Part shown: in pieces, positions 20,001 to 29,664 of the stretch
Position numbering within the stretch: the first letter of the stretch is position 1
Layout: each line of letters starts with the position of its first letter
Source of the DNA: Verrucomicrobiia bacterium
GTDB taxonomy: Bacteria; Verrucomicrobiota; Verrucomicrobiia; Limisphaerales; UBA1319
Assembly (NCBI GenBank): GCA_963664225.1
Contig: OY760937.1
Location: 3,808,001-3,872,000 of the forward strand
DNA length: 64,000 nt
Reading direction: 5' to 3'
The notes under the pieces: model-generated
Seen by the model: the letters and a program-made list of their open reading frames with translations, nothing else
What the model was told of the DNA's origin: nothing
The model's database searches: none
Made by a program: the position numbers and the translations under genes

Positions 20001-20216
20001 GGCAATGGCCTCAGGTGGCAGTGTTGGATTCAGCCGCTCCAGCGCCGAGCGCAACCGTGAATTCAAGACCACATCGCCGGGTGTTTCACGCCCAAGTGTT
20101 CCCTCCTCGCCAAAAACCTCCTCCAATGCCGACACCGTTTGCCAGCCAAGCTCCGTGAACAGCCCAATGGCGGGCTGTTCAACAAGTTGGTCTTCGGTAT
20201 AGGGGTGGTGGGGCAT
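17061..20216 (-). CDS. hsdR: Type I restriction endonuclease subunit R
   Basis: PDLVGFVNGLPLVVIELK, TQGSGKS, DEAHRSQ, LTGFDAP, QTIARANR. Start placed at ATG 20216 (MPHHPYTEDQ); the track starts it at 20231. Confidence 0.95.
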   Translation of the reverse strand: MPHHPYTEDQLVEQPAIGLFTELGWQTVSALEEVFGEEGTLGRETPGDVVLNSRLRSALERLNPTLPPEAIATAMDELTRDRSAMLLEAANREVYHFLKEGIRVSVADRVRGSQKSERVRVIDWEHPANNDFLLVNQFSVTGELYTCRPDLVGFVNGLPLVVIELKKPGVPARAAFDGNLVHYKQQVPSLFWYNALLIASNGTDSKVGSLTADWERFFEWKRIEREDEPRRVSLEVMLRGTCDRTRLLDLVENFTLFSEHKEGLTKIIGQNHQFIGVNNSIASMLAARKAGNGRGGVFWQTQGSGKSFSMVFFAQKVLRKITGNWTFVVVTDRLELDDQIAKTFKACGAVSPTEGDECHATSGAHLRELLRGNHRYVFTLIHKFQTPEMLCDRSDVIVLTDEAHRSQYDTLALNMRAALPKAMFLAFTGTPLIAGEALTKEVFGDYVSIYDFQQSVEDGATVPLFYENRTPELQLDNPHLNEDIYRLIESAELDPEQEERLQFELSRQYHILTRDDRLEKVAKDIVRHFLGRGFHGKAMVVSIDKATALKMYDKVRKYWALETERVRREMGRYNLDAATQGDLNEQLRRLETTDMALIVSPGQNEIEQMRKLGLDIVPHRQRMNDNSLDEDFKDPKNDLRLVFLCAMWLTGFDAPSCSTVYLDKPMRNHTLMQTIARANRVFPGKHSGVIVDYANVFTSLEKALAIYGAGKDGKSPVKDKQKLADELRKAVDEAGLFCANKGVVLPAIEQLPAGSLQRLQRMDDAVNALISPDPVRNAFFGHERLVTTLFNAVKPSPAALEFVGRAACLAAIAQAIRTKLNPNPADISGVMGDINKLLDASISGVEMPTKPTPGMDLSKINFEALRDRFEESKHKNTDLEVLKAAIRAQLEKLIRLNKTRIDFQTKFEELIDSYNTGSRTIEELFGELLNLSRGLSKEQERHVRENMSEEELVVFDILTRPAPELSASERAEVKKVARELLSRLRQILVLDWRQKASARSQLKMAIEDTLDTGLPRVYSPDVYQQKCSAVFEHFYEHYTDKDESIYSAVAS

Positions 20217-20292
20217 GATTATATTGACCATTCACCATCGAGGCTAAACCCAATGTTTTTAGCGTATTTATTGGTATGGCGGTGATTCATCG

Positions 20293-21957
20293 CTATGCAC
20301 TGATTGTATTTGATACGGAAATTGTTGATGAGTAGTTAATTCCAATTTCACGATAATAGTTATCAACGTGCTTAAACGGATCAAGCTGTTTTACCTGGGG
20401 TTTTTGGTATGACCAATCGAGATATTCCCCTGAATAATTTAAAATCCGAAGGAATACTTTATAAAAAAGAGTTCTAAGTATTTCGGAGTTTTTCCAAAGT
20501 TCCTCATTCGTTGCTTTTTCGCTACGCGCATGTAATTGTTGATTGCGAGAACTAAGTGCAGCATTTTCCTCATCTGAAAGCTCTAATCCCAGCTCTATGA
20601 AAAATTGCCTTGTCCTTGCATTAGACCCCATTGCAAAAGAATTCTCCAGTCTATTCATCATTGCATTAAGAACCTTAGGGTCTTTCAAATTTTCCATGCA
20701 TGGATTTTCGCCTCCGGCCTTCGCGAGTTTTTCGCGAACAATTTCAAATTCAGATTTCAAAAGGCATAAATAAGGCTCTTTCGAAGTGAATGTTCCGTGT
20801 GAGTTCGAAAATGGCGATTTGAACCATGCGTTTGTTAATATTTCGATAGCATTTACTAACATTGGCAAATTGACACCCATGGGAAGTTCCTGAAATGTCC
20901 AGTATCGCCAGAGAGTGTGATCTAAATCTAAGGCCTTTCTAAGTTTCAAATAAACAGGAAGCACCTTGGTTAAAACCGATTCAATATTCTGGCTGCTTTT
21001 GTAACGGTGTTTATCTACGGGCACCGGTGGATAGTCGATTTTAGAACATAATGAACGAATGTTGATCCCCCTTGGATTCCAACTTCGCATGTGAAAAGGA
21101 GAGTCATATTGGGTGCCAACAGGAGCAATCGTCCTATTTGTGTTGCTCAGTAATTTCTTAAGAAATGGCCACTCCTCACTGGAAAAAGATGTGTCCCCAA
21201 TGTCAATCAATCGGCGACCTAAAACAAAACTTACGATTTCTGAAATCGCCTCACGTGTATCCTCGTCTGGAATATTCGAAAGTTTACGCGAGTACTCAAT
21301 GCCGACATTATTAGACCAGACGGGCTCGAAATCACTTGGAACAGACCTAATAAGAAAAGAGTATGTTGGTGTCTGAATAAATGCACAGTCATTGTGGGTT
21401 CCCTGATGGCTACGACCTGATGCCATAGTATATGCTGGGAAATCCTTCAGTATTTTAATAAATATTTCTTCATTTTCGAGAAATGTTTTTCTAGGAAAGG
21501 TGAAACCTCTAGGTCCGTTTAAGAACCAATCAATATGTGTCGTTTCGTTTTGAGCATGCTGAATGTTTTGCTCTACACGGTTCGTAATGACATCCGCAGA
21601 GAATGTATTATTCATGCCCGGTGCCAAATCAGGATCGTATGATATCTCACAATCGATTATATGACAGTCATACAATGATATGGCGTAGTGATCGCGGGAC
21701 CCCGATATGCTGAATGCTTCCTTCTGTTTTTGCTCCACCTCAGCAAATGGCCCAAATGTGCCGGTTGCAATGCCTTCGACTTCAGAATGCAAATAGTAAG
21801 AGTTATCTCGAGAGACCGTAGCAGAAACACTGCCAGATAATAGGTGTGTGGAAGGATCAAGTCGAGTCGCCTTTAGTGGAAATTGTAATCCTTCCCATTG
21901 AAGAAATGCATGAGAGTATTTTGAATCGACCCTATCATTCTTTCGATTTGTTTTCAT
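20293..21957 (-). CDS. ApeA-like HEPN-domain protein
   Basis: 554 aa, AT-rich. Beta-rich N-terminus and helical C-terminus with AIEIL and the RxxxxH motif RNQQLH. Confidence 0.6.
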   Translation of the reverse strand: MKTNRKNDRVDSKYSHAFLQWEGLQFPLKATRLDPSTHLLSGSVSATVSRDNSYYLHSEVEGIATGTFGPFAEVEQKQKEAFSISGSRDHYAISLYDCHIIDCEISYDPDLAPGMNNTFSADVITNRVEQNIQHAQNETTHIDWFLNGPRGFTFPRKTFLENEEIFIKILKDFPAYTMASGRSHQGTHNDCAFIQTPTYSFLIRSVPSDFEPVWSNNVGIEYSRKLSNIPDEDTREAISEIVSFVLGRRLIDIGDTSFSSEEWPFLKKLLSNTNRTIAPVGTQYDSPFHMRSWNPRGINIRSLCSKIDYPPVPVDKHRYKSSQNIESVLTKVLPVYLKLRKALDLDHTLWRYWTFQELPMGVNLPMLVNAIEILTNAWFKSPFSNSHGTFTSKEPYLCLLKSEFEIVREKLAKAGGENPCMENLKDPKVLNAMMNRLENSFAMGSNARTRQFFIELGLELSDEENAALSSRNQQLHARSEKATNEELWKNSEILRTLFYKVFLRILNYSGEYLDWSYQKPQVKQLDPFKHVDNYYREIGINYSSTISVSNTISA

Positions 21958-21970
21958 GCTTTTCTATGAA

Positions 21971-22051
21971 TTAGTATTTACCATGCTCCACAAACAACCC
22001 AATGGCGGGTTGTTCGACAAGTTGGTCTTCGGTGTAGGGATGGGCGCTCAT
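21971..22051 (-). pseudogene. Truncated duplicate of the hsdR 5' end (26 codons)
   Basis: Reads MSAHPYTEDQLVEQPAIGLFVEHGKY*. 21992-22042 matches hsdR 20157-20207 at 45 of 51 nt. Confidence 0.85.
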
Positions 22052-23814
22052 CGTTGTTGGTAGCGCCAACGTCCGCCGACAATTAGGAGCTGTTCTGGAG
22101 TCATAGCACCGTTTTGCCAGCCAGTATCGAAATCAATATCATGTGATCTCGGAAGTTGGTCGTGAGGAAGTGATCTAATTGAAATACGAGAGGGCAGCAT
22201 CGCTGCTTGGCCAACAAAGATCGCTTCCTGACGCCGCAATCCAGATAGCATCTTTGTCAACCCATCCATCGAGTCAGGCAAGATGGATCGCACATGCTCG
22301 CGATCAGCTTCATTTGTAATACGAAGGACGATCCAACTATTACACTGTGAGAGTACCGTCGCTTCAACTTCGCTTGGTCTTTGGGAGACCAATAGCAGCC
22401 CGAGGCCGTATTTGCGGCCTTCCTTCGCTACCCGACGAATCGCCTGCTGTGCTGCTTCATATTGTGCTGCTCCAACATTTGGCACATAACGATGCGCTTC
22501 CTCGCAAACTAAAAGGACTGGGCTTGCTTCTCTTTCAGATGGGGTTTGCCAAACCTTGATTAGAAAAAGCGTTCGTGCAATTGCTGCACTTGCTGTTCCT
22601 GCAACCTCGTTCGGCACACCTGATAAGTCAACAATTCGCATTGCTTGTGTTCCACCCAATAATTGGCCCAATATGGTTGGCAAAGGATCATCTTGGCCGT
22701 CCCATGGTTTCATCATAAAACGAACGCGTTCATCCCGAATAAGAGATTCCAATTTGCGAAGGACTTTATTGTAATCCTCATGATCCTTTTTATTCTTGTT
22801 ATCTGGTCTTTGGGCATTCACTGCACCCACGAATCCCACATCGTAATTTGCACCGTTCATCTTACCGAATTCGTCCAGTCCAGTTGGGTCGCCGAGCAAG
22901 TAGGGAACGGGTGCATCCACGGTTATTTTGGAAATGTCGAGACCTTGAACGGCCTTAGCACCTGCTCTTCGTGCAGTAAGCAGGGCATTCTTTACAATAT
23001 TCGATTGAGACGTTGCGGCGTATTCGGTTTTTCCAATTAAAAGAGCAATCGTTTCGTCTAAATCAAGCATCCAATAAGGCAATGCCAGTGTGCCTTCATC
23101 AGTTGATAAGCGTCTGTGGTTCGCGAAAGCAGTCCCATATTCGTTATGTGGATCGAGAATAATAATTGTTGGCTGCCATTTAGTATGTTTTGCAACTGAT
23201 CCACGCTCGAGAATACTGTGGAGGATTGCAGCCACAGTGCCTGATTTCCCCGAACCTGTTGAACCAAGAATTGCTGTGTGCTTACCGAGCATTTCATTCA
23301 TTTCTGCATAACAAGGTGTTCCACCAGAACCCACATGTTCGCCCAGGCAAATCACAGTTTTATTATTCTGTCCGTATATGAAACGGAGTTCAGCCTTTGG
23401 GGTAAGATAAACAGTTTGTTGTGGTAAAGGATAGGTCGCGACTCCACGTTCAAACTTAAGCACCCACTTGGGTGGCGTTAGATTTGAACTCCAAACCCAT
23501 TCTCCTTCGCCAAAGAGGTCAGCCTCAACGACGCGCTCATCTCCAGAAGTCTGGGAAGCAATTCCCCGTTCTGACTCGTATTCCGCTTTCATGCGGAGGC
23601 GTCCAACAAACGCAAAAATCAATCGACGCCCAAAATGAATTTTAACGATGGAGCCAAACTGGCCAATCGGATAAGTCTCCCCAGCGTAAACGCGCGAAAG
23701 CTCGGACAGTTGTGGTTCTAACTCAGCAACGATATGTGCGCCGTCAACTTCGATTATTTTTCCGATGGCCAGATTATCGATTGTATCGTTAGGGTTGTAT
23801 GATTCAGTGTTCAT
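22048..23814 (-). CDS. HerA/DUF87 ATPase of a Sir2-HerA defence system
   Basis: 588 aa. HAS-barrel N-terminus, GSTGSGKS, EEAHRY, KEGRKYG, SQRPSE. Confidence 0.9.
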   Translation of the reverse strand: MNTESYNPNDTIDNLAIGKIIEVDGAHIVAELEPQLSELSRVYAGETYPIGQFGSIVKIHFGRRLIFAFVGRLRMKAEYESERGIASQTSGDERVVEADLFGEGEWVWSSNLTPPKWVLKFERGVATYPLPQQTVYLTPKAELRFIYGQNNKTVICLGEHVGSGGTPCYAEMNEMLGKHTAILGSTGSGKSGTVAAILHSILERGSVAKHTKWQPTIIILDPHNEYGTAFANHRRLSTDEGTLALPYWMLDLDETIALLIGKTEYAATSQSNIVKNALLTARRAGAKAVQGLDISKITVDAPVPYLLGDPTGLDEFGKMNGANYDVGFVGAVNAQRPDNKNKKDHEDYNKVLRKLESLIRDERVRFMMKPWDGQDDPLPTILGQLLGGTQAMRIVDLSGVPNEVAGTASAAIARTLFLIKVWQTPSEREASPVLLVCEEAHRYVPNVGAAQYEAAQQAIRRVAKEGRKYGLGLLLVSQRPSEVEATVLSQCNSWIVLRITNEADREHVRSILPDSMDGLTKMLSGLRRQEAIFVGQAAMLPSRISIRSLPHDQLPRSHDIDFDTGWQNGAMTPEQLLIVGGRWRYQQR

Positions 23815-24959
23815 CGTTCACCTCCAAGCAGTCGTATAACGTTTTCAAACGTCCACCAAGGTAAATCTATGGACGACTCATTATTTGTGTCGCCATGCCA
23901 AAAACCACGTTTGCCATAGATCAGTAATTGTTCGCGAATGGTCTCGTCTTCATGCCATCTTTTGAGTGTACCTTCAAGATTATCATCAGACGAGAAAGCA
24001 ACAACGGTCAGGCGTCCTTCGGACTCGTGAAGCGCGCGTTCGAGTTCAATATTAATATGTGAATCCCCAAACTTGTAACCACAAATAGCTAGAACACGTT
24101 GTGCCCCGTCTAATGGTCGGAGAATATCTCGTGCGAGACTTGCCAATTGAGCATAAGGGTCTCTCTGTGTCTCACGATACTTAGTTGAAGCTGGCCAGAT
24201 GACGATGCGGTGATTTGTTTCGCCTATACCGCTGATGTTTTTTGAGACTCGCCTTGGCAATGGATCATCTGGAAACTCAGACCAATTGATAGAACCATGT
24301 AATTTCAGGACTCGCGCTGACAAACCGGTTTGTTTAAAGGTTTCAGAATTCCACCAACCCGTAACACCGCCTTCGATTCCGTCGGCGAAAAGCACTTTCT
24401 CTAAAGCCAACGCATCTTCGATAAGTGTGTCGTAATTAAGTACCAAATAATCTACTCGTTGATTTCCAACGGATTTTCCAGGCCGGACGGGACGATGAAC
24501 CGCTCTGATGAATTTCAAATGAGTTTTAACAGATACGGTTTTATCAATTTCCTCGGCAATCGCCCGTTTGATTTGTTCAGCAGCTTCACGCAACAGGGAC
24601 GAATCATAACGTTTTGTTGCTAAATCAATATTTGTATTGGCTGCACCGCGTGCCGCACGCCGTTCAGCGATGGCTAGTTGATCCACCAATTCGCTCAAAT
24701 AGTCCTCAATGTTTGCATCTTTCGCACCTAAAAAGTATGCCTGAATTGCAGTTAATATCTCCTTTGTATTGGGGCTAAGATTGGTATTGTTAAAAACTTT
24801 ATTTGTAAGCTCAGCAGCGAGCGGCAAGCCTGCGCATTTACTGCATCCCGCACCAAGTAAAAACGCTCGTCCACTTTGAGTCATTAGATCTTCTAACTTC
24901 CCAACAGCATCACTATATGGTTTTTGTTTAAGCGGTGAAAGGTCGTCAGGCGTTGGCAT
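23811..24959 (-). CDS. SIR2-like NADase of a Sir2-HerA defence system
   Basis: 382 aa. FLLGAGCS, LNYDTLIE, KLHGSINW, GYKFGDSHIN; ATGA overlap with herA. Confidence 0.9.
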   Translation of the reverse strand: MPTPDDLSPLKQKPYSDAVGKLEDLMTQSGRAFLLGAGCSKCAGLPLAAELTNKVFNNTNLSPNTKEILTAIQAYFLGAKDANIEDYLSELVDQLAIAERRAARGAANTNIDLATKRYDSSLLREAAEQIKRAIAEEIDKTVSVKTHLKFIRAVHRPVRPGKSVGNQRVDYLVLNYDTLIEDALALEKVLFADGIEGGVTGWWNSETFKQTGLSARVLKLHGSINWSEFPDDPLPRRVSKNISGIGETNHRIVIWPASTKYRETQRDPYAQLASLARDILRPLDGAQRVLAICGYKFGDSHINIELERALHESEGRLTVVAFSSDDNLEGTLKRWHEDETIREQLLIYGKRGFWHGDTNNESSIDLPWWTFENVIRLLGGER

Positions 24960-26271
24960 GGTCTTCCTTGATTTTTAGTTTAATCTGGTTCGCTAGCAAT
25001 CGCGGCAGGAGCAGGTCGCGCGTCCGTCGGAGGTTTTGGTTTTGACGTTGAAGTGCGAGAATATTTTTAGACATTGGTTCAACAACGGACTCGAAGCGAT
25101 GTACTAGTTTTATCGGTGGCTGGATGAATTCGATCGTCTTGAACACGCCACGGCTGATTTCCTTGAAAGTTGCTCCTGAGGCCATTCTCTGAAACGTTGG
25201 CACGTTCTCTGTCACCCAGTGAAAAAGGAAAAAAAGCGGAACGCACTCGTTTGGCAGGCATGTGATGAAGCCCTGATTGGTGCAGGCTTCATGCGTGTTG
25301 ATTGCAATTGCGCCGATGGTTGCTCGGCTGGTTAGCATCACACTACGGGCTGGAAAAAGGCGCGCGGAGCTTTTAGCGAGTCCTACATCGGTAATCCGCT
25401 CGCCTGAATCGTCCATAAACATCGACGAGGCAGCTGTGAGATCGCTTGGCGAGAACCACTGAATGGTCCCGCCTTCCCAATACTCCGGTTCTTTCCGTGG
25501 CGGCGTTCCGCCGCCGGATATATCGAACGACTCCGCAACGGTTTTCACCTCCCAGCCTTTGGGGATTGGGCCGAGGGGGGATGGGGCCAGTTTGATCTTT
25601 TCGTGGCCGGGGAAACGGAAATTGACGAACCATTCGCGGTAGAGAGTGCGGGCCATTTCTTCCAAAATCTTGATGCGCCGCTGGCAATTCTCGATCAGAT
25701 CGTCGTAGGCCGATAGGACGCCAATTATTTGTCTTTGCGTACTTAATGAAGGCAACCGCAGCGGGATGCGGCAAATAATTTCTTGGTTAAGTGAAGCCAT
25801 CGTCGCACCGTGCGAACAATGGCTCATTATCCAGCTTTTGTGAAATTCAGTTTGGAAACAGTAAGAGAGAAACTGCGGCTCGACCTCTTTGCTGGAAACA
25901 CGGAGGCGCAAACAGTCTGAACCTTGAAACCAACCTGCGTATTTCTGCCTGATGAAAACGTGTCGATCTACAGCACCTTTCCGACCGAAAACAAGGTCTC
26001 CAGCTTGAAGTAAATGACCGGAGAGACGAGTCACAGTCTCGTCATTAATATACTCAAGGTCGCCATCTCGGATTTCTCCAAAGCCAATGTTACGCACGTT
26101 AATGACCGGCGTGCCGTTCTGAACGTAATCGCTTGCATGCAATTGAGTTCCAAACGGCCCAGTTTTCAGCTCGGCTTCTCCGGTTTCGACTAAATCGTTT
26201 ACCAGGATGTCCCTCCAGACCTCGCGCTTTTTTGAATCTCGTGCAAGATTCAGTCTTGAGTGAACTTTCAC
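24946..26271 (-). CDS. hsdS: Type I restriction specificity subunit S
   Basis: Two TRDs (KTGPFGTQLH; GGGTP) with conserved spacers LPSLSTQRQI...DDLIE and RDLLLPRLL. Confidence 0.93.
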   Translation of the reverse strand: MKVHSRLNLARDSKKREVWRDILVNDLVETGEAELKTGPFGTQLHASDYVQNGTPVINVRNIGFGEIRDGDLEYINDETVTRLSGHLLQAGDLVFGRKGAVDRHVFIRQKYAGWFQGSDCLRLRVSSKEVEPQFLSYCFQTEFHKSWIMSHCSHGATMASLNQEIICRIPLRLPSLSTQRQIIGVLSAYDDLIENCQRRIKILEEMARTLYREWFVNFRFPGHEKIKLAPSPLGPIPKGWEVKTVAESFDISGGGTPPRKEPEYWEGGTIQWFSPSDLTAASSMFMDDSGERITDVGLAKSSARLFPARSVMLTSRATIGAIAINTHEACTNQGFITCLPNECVPLFFLFHWVTENVPTFQRMASGATFKEISRGVFKTIEFIQPPIKLVHRFESVVEPMSKNILALQRQNQNLRRTRDLLLPRLLANQIKLKIKEDHANA

Positions 26272-27314
26272 TTCTTCCCCCTTTTCTTCCGCTTGGGCGT
26301 GGGGGGCAATTGTTTGATGGCCTTATCGAAATCCCCGCCTGACTGGTCAGCCTTTTTGATGCGTTTGAGATTGAATTTCTCGTATTCTGACTCGGCGAGT
26401 TCTTTGGCCAATTCGTGGGAGATTTTCCCCGCATGGGTCAGGATATTGCGGTCATTGATGGTGAGGAAAGCGTGGAGCTTGGTGATCCAATCGCGCATGT
26501 GCATAGGGACGCGCCGCATGGCCTGGCCCTCGGCAAAGACGAGGTATTGCTCAACGAGGTTGTTCAGGGCGGCGAGTTCAGGCTCGTTGAGGTAATTCTT
26601 GGCGATGGAGACGTCCTCTTTGCGCACCTTGGGACCGCGCCAATTGGTCAGGCCCATGTTGGGCTTGGCGCTGTCGGCGCGGGAGTGGATGATTTCCGCC
26701 GCCGTCTGGCCTGTGATGGCCCAGTGCATTTTGTTCTGAACGGTCTGGAAAAACTCGATGCTGACCGGCTGGGTGGGGTCGTAATCAATGCTCGTGGCGT
26801 AAATATCGGTGATCTTTTGGTAAAACCGCCGCTCGGAGGTGAGGATGTCTTGAATCCGCCGGAGCAGTTCATCAAAGTAATCGAAGGGCTGATCGGGGTT
26901 TTTGAGGCGCTCGTCATCGAGGACAAAGCCTTTGACAATGAATTCGCGAAGCTTTTGCGTGGCCCAGATGCGGAAACGGGTGGCCACGGCGCTTTTAACG
27001 CGGTAACCGACGGAAATAATGGCGTCGAGATTGTAATATTCAACCGCACGGGACACCTGCCGGGTCCCTTCCTTGCGAACTAACAAGAATTCCTTGTGAG
27101 TTGCAGCTTCCTGCAATTCTCCCTCTTCGTAGATATTGTGGAGGTGTAGGCTGATGTTCTGCTGGCTGGTTTGGAACAACTCCGCCATGTGCTGCTGGGT
27201 GAGCCATGCGGTTTCGCCTTCCAGCCGGACATCGATCTTAAGCTGGCCATCTTCGCTGGCATAGACCAGGAATTGCCCCTTGGCGGGTGGATTAGGTTCC
27301 TGGGAGGCGCTCAT
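26268..27314 (-). CDS. rhuM: RhuM-family DNA-binding protein
   Basis: [35 protein letters not shown]. Confidence 0.9.
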   Translation of the reverse strand: MSASQEPNPPAKGQFLVYASEDGQLKIDVRLEGETAWLTQQHMAELFQTSQQNISLHLHNIYEEGELQEAATHKEFLLVRKEGTRQVSRAVEYYNLDAIISVGYRVKSAVATRFRIWATQKLREFIVKGFVLDDERLKNPDQPFDYFDELLRRIQDILTSERRFYQKITDIYATSIDYDPTQPVSIEFFQTVQNKMHWAITGQTAAEIIHSRADSAKPNMGLTNWRGPKVRKEDVSIAKNYLNEPELAALNNLVEQYLVFAEGQAMRRVPMHMRDWITKLHAFLTINDRNILTHAGKISHELAKELAESEYEKFNLKRIKKADQSGGDFDKAIKQLPPTPKRKKRGKK

Positions 27315-28930
27315 GATTCCAAAATCTCCGCCGCGTTTTTGGCGATGGTGGCTTCGAGTTCACGCGCCTGGGTGTTCAGGGTTTCAAGCTCCTCATTGAG
27401 GGCCTCGAATTGAGTCTTAAAATCCTCATCGCTGACTTCCAAGCCGGGGGCGACGCCCACGTAACGGCCCGGATTGAGGCTCCAGCCCTGGGCCTCGATT
27501 TCCTTGAGCGTGGCGGCCTTGCACAAACCGGGGATGTCGGTGTATTTCGGCTTCTTGCCGAAGACCTCTTTAAGCTTTGCCTCGGTTTCTCCATTGCCGA
27601 CGGTGAAATCAGGGGCCTCGCCGCGATAAAGGCGAACAATGTTGGCCAAAAAGGAAATCTGCACGGGCGTCCATTCCCGATGGGCGCGGTCAATCTGCCG
27701 GTAAATGTGCCGGGCATCGATAAACAGAACGGTGTCAGCACGGGGTGTCCGGGCCTTGCCTTTGTCCAGAAACCACAGAGTGCAGGGGAGGGTGACCGTA
27801 TAGAACATGTTCGGTCCCACGGCGACCATCACGTCCACGGCGTGGCTTTGAATGAGCTGCTGGCGGCTGTCTTGTTCAGAGGAACGGGCATCCGAGGCGG
27901 AATTGGCCATGACGAATCCAGCACGGCCCTTGGGATTCAGCGCGGAATAAAAAAGCTGAATCCAGAGGTAATTGGCATTGTCGGAGCGCGGCAGTCCGAA
28001 CGGGAAACGCCGGGCCGGGCCCACGGAGTCCTTGAGCCGCTCCTTATCCACCGCATCCACATTGAATGGGGGATTGGCCAGGACAAAATCGAAACGCCCC
28101 GTGGCGTCATGGGGGTCGTCGTAGTAGCTGTTGACGTTGCCGCCGTGCTTGACGTTGCCCTCGAGGCCATGAACGGCAAGGTTCATGCGGCAGAGGCGAC
28201 CGGTATCGTCGGTTTTTTCCACCCCATGAATGGCGAGTTCGGAGGAGGGATTCTTCTTATGCTCGGACACAAACCGCGCGGAGGAGACAAACATACCACC
28301 GGAGCCGCACGCGGGATCAAGAATGCGCCCGTGAAAAGGCTCAATGATTTCCGTCAGGAGCCGGACGAGGCAACTGGGGGTGTAGAATTCACCACCCTTT
28401 TGGCCTTCAGAACGGGCGAATTCCCCCAGAAAGTATTCATAGATGCGACCGAAAGCATCGTAATCCACGGAAACTGGAATCTCGGAAACGGATTTGAGCA
28501 ATTCCTTCAGCAGGGTGCTGGTAAAGAGATTAAAGGTCTTGGGGAGGACGCCAGCGAGCTGCGGGTTGTGTTTCTCGATGTCGCGCATGGCATCGTTGAC
28601 AGCCTTGCCGACGTCACTGGCCTCGGGGAGGGCGAGCAGGTTTTCATAACGGGCATTGAGGGTCAAATAAAGCACGCCGTCCGCGTGATAGGCGGCAGGT
28701 TCGTCAATGCGCGAGCCTCGACGCGAGGAGGAGGAGCTTTTCTCAAGTCTGGCGCGTTGAGCAATAAAGCGGACCTCGGCAAAGCGCAGAAAGATAAGGC
28801 CGAGAACCGGCGCGGAATATTCCTGGGACTTGAGACCGGAGTTGGCGCGAAACTGATCGGCTGCTGACCAAAGCCGCTTTTCCAAAGTGTCGGAAGCGGT
28901 ATCCTTTTCGACTGGTGCGACCCAATTCAT
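27311..28930 (-). CDS. hsdM: Type I restriction-modification methyltransferase subunit M
   Basis: [33 protein letters not shown]. Confidence 0.95.
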   Translation of the reverse strand: MNWVAPVEKDTASDTLEKRLWSAADQFRANSGLKSQEYSAPVLGLIFLRFAEVRFIAQRARLEKSSSSSRRGSRIDEPAAYHADGVLYLTLNARYENLLALPEASDVGKAVNDAMRDIEKHNPQLAGVLPKTFNLFTSTLLKELLKSVSEIPVSVDYDAFGRIYEYFLGEFARSEGQKGGEFYTPSCLVRLLTEIIEPFHGRILDPACGSGGMFVSSARFVSEHKKNPSSELAIHGVEKTDDTGRLCRMNLAVHGLEGNVKHGGNVNSYYDDPHDATGRFDFVLANPPFNVDAVDKERLKDSVGPARRFPFGLPRSDNANYLWIQLFYSALNPKGRAGFVMANSASDARSSEQDSRQQLIQSHAVDVMVAVGPNMFYTVTLPCTLWFLDKGKARTPRADTVLFIDARHIYRQIDRAHREWTPVQISFLANIVRLYRGEAPDFTVGNGETEAKLKEVFGKKPKYTDIPGLCKAATLKEIEAQGWSLNPGRYVGVAPGLEVSDEDFKTQFEALNEELETLNTQARELEATIAKNAAEILES

Positions 28931-29254
28931 GAATTAGGACTCTAATCTATAGGCTTAATGGAAATCTAGGCAAATCAAAAACCAGTGGCCATAAGGCGAT
29001 ATTTGAACTTCATGCAGAGTGAATTCTCTTGGCTCCTGAAAAGTGGAATTGGATGCGTGATCTTGCATAATTTTATGGACAGAAGGCCAAACCGATGCCG
29101 AATTGGATCTGATACTGCAATCTGATACTGGAGGGCTAAAAATGAGTCCTTTTGGGTCCAAAAGAGGGAAATTGAGGAAAAAAGAAAAATTTGCATGTCC
29201 CTTAGAGTCAACGTTTGTCCACGTGTGACCTGTTGAGTACCAAGCACTTACACG

Positions 29255-29294
29255 GATTATGAGTCGCCTGCTCTAACCGCTGAGCTATGGGCCC
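29255..29294 (-). other. 5' half of a tRNA with CAT anticodon (Ile2/Met-type); probable island attachment junction
   Basis: GGGCCCATAGCTCAGCGGTTAGAGCAGGCGACTCATAATC gives the acceptor 5' strand, D arm and anticodon loop. Pairing fails after 2 bp of the anticodon stem, and there is no T arm. Confidence 0.8.
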
Positions 29295-29443
29295 AACTAA
29301 TTGAACTGCAATGACTTAAATGTGGTCAAAAATGCCAAAGTTGACATTTTGATACTGCATTACGCCACGCTAAGGACGAAAATGCGATTCCTTCTTCCAG
29401 CAACAGATCCCAATTTCCAGACGGATCATGTCAGGACCGGGCT

Positions 29444-29520
29444 GCGAATTGGTCCACTATAAACCATCGGGTGTGTATTTCGCCAGAGTTCGGATTCGAG
29501 GCAAGCTTTTTCGCCAGCGT
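29444..29520 (+). pseudogene. Remnant of a tyrosine integrase N-terminal arm-binding segment
   Basis: Reads AN/VHYKPSGVYFARVRIRGKLFRQ, like integrase N-termini (YxPSGxYxARxRxxGKLxR); sits next to the tRNA fragment. Confidence 0.5.
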
Positions 29521-29664
29521 GATTTTCTCCTGAGGTTGCTGCGGCCATGCACAAGGAGCCGATTACATGTGTCTAATTTGCAGCCAACTGGTTGCGCTTT
29601 TTGAAGTGTGTGCGACGGTGGACTCGTCTTTAAGACCAAATAAACTGGATTATAAGCAAGGAAT

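Noticed and set aside
27410..28867. 485-aa plus-strand ORF
   Set aside because: Exact antisense of hsdM.
29220..29294. Intact tRNA-Ile2/Met gene
   Set aside because: The anticodon stem does not close, and there is no T arm or acceptor 3' strand.
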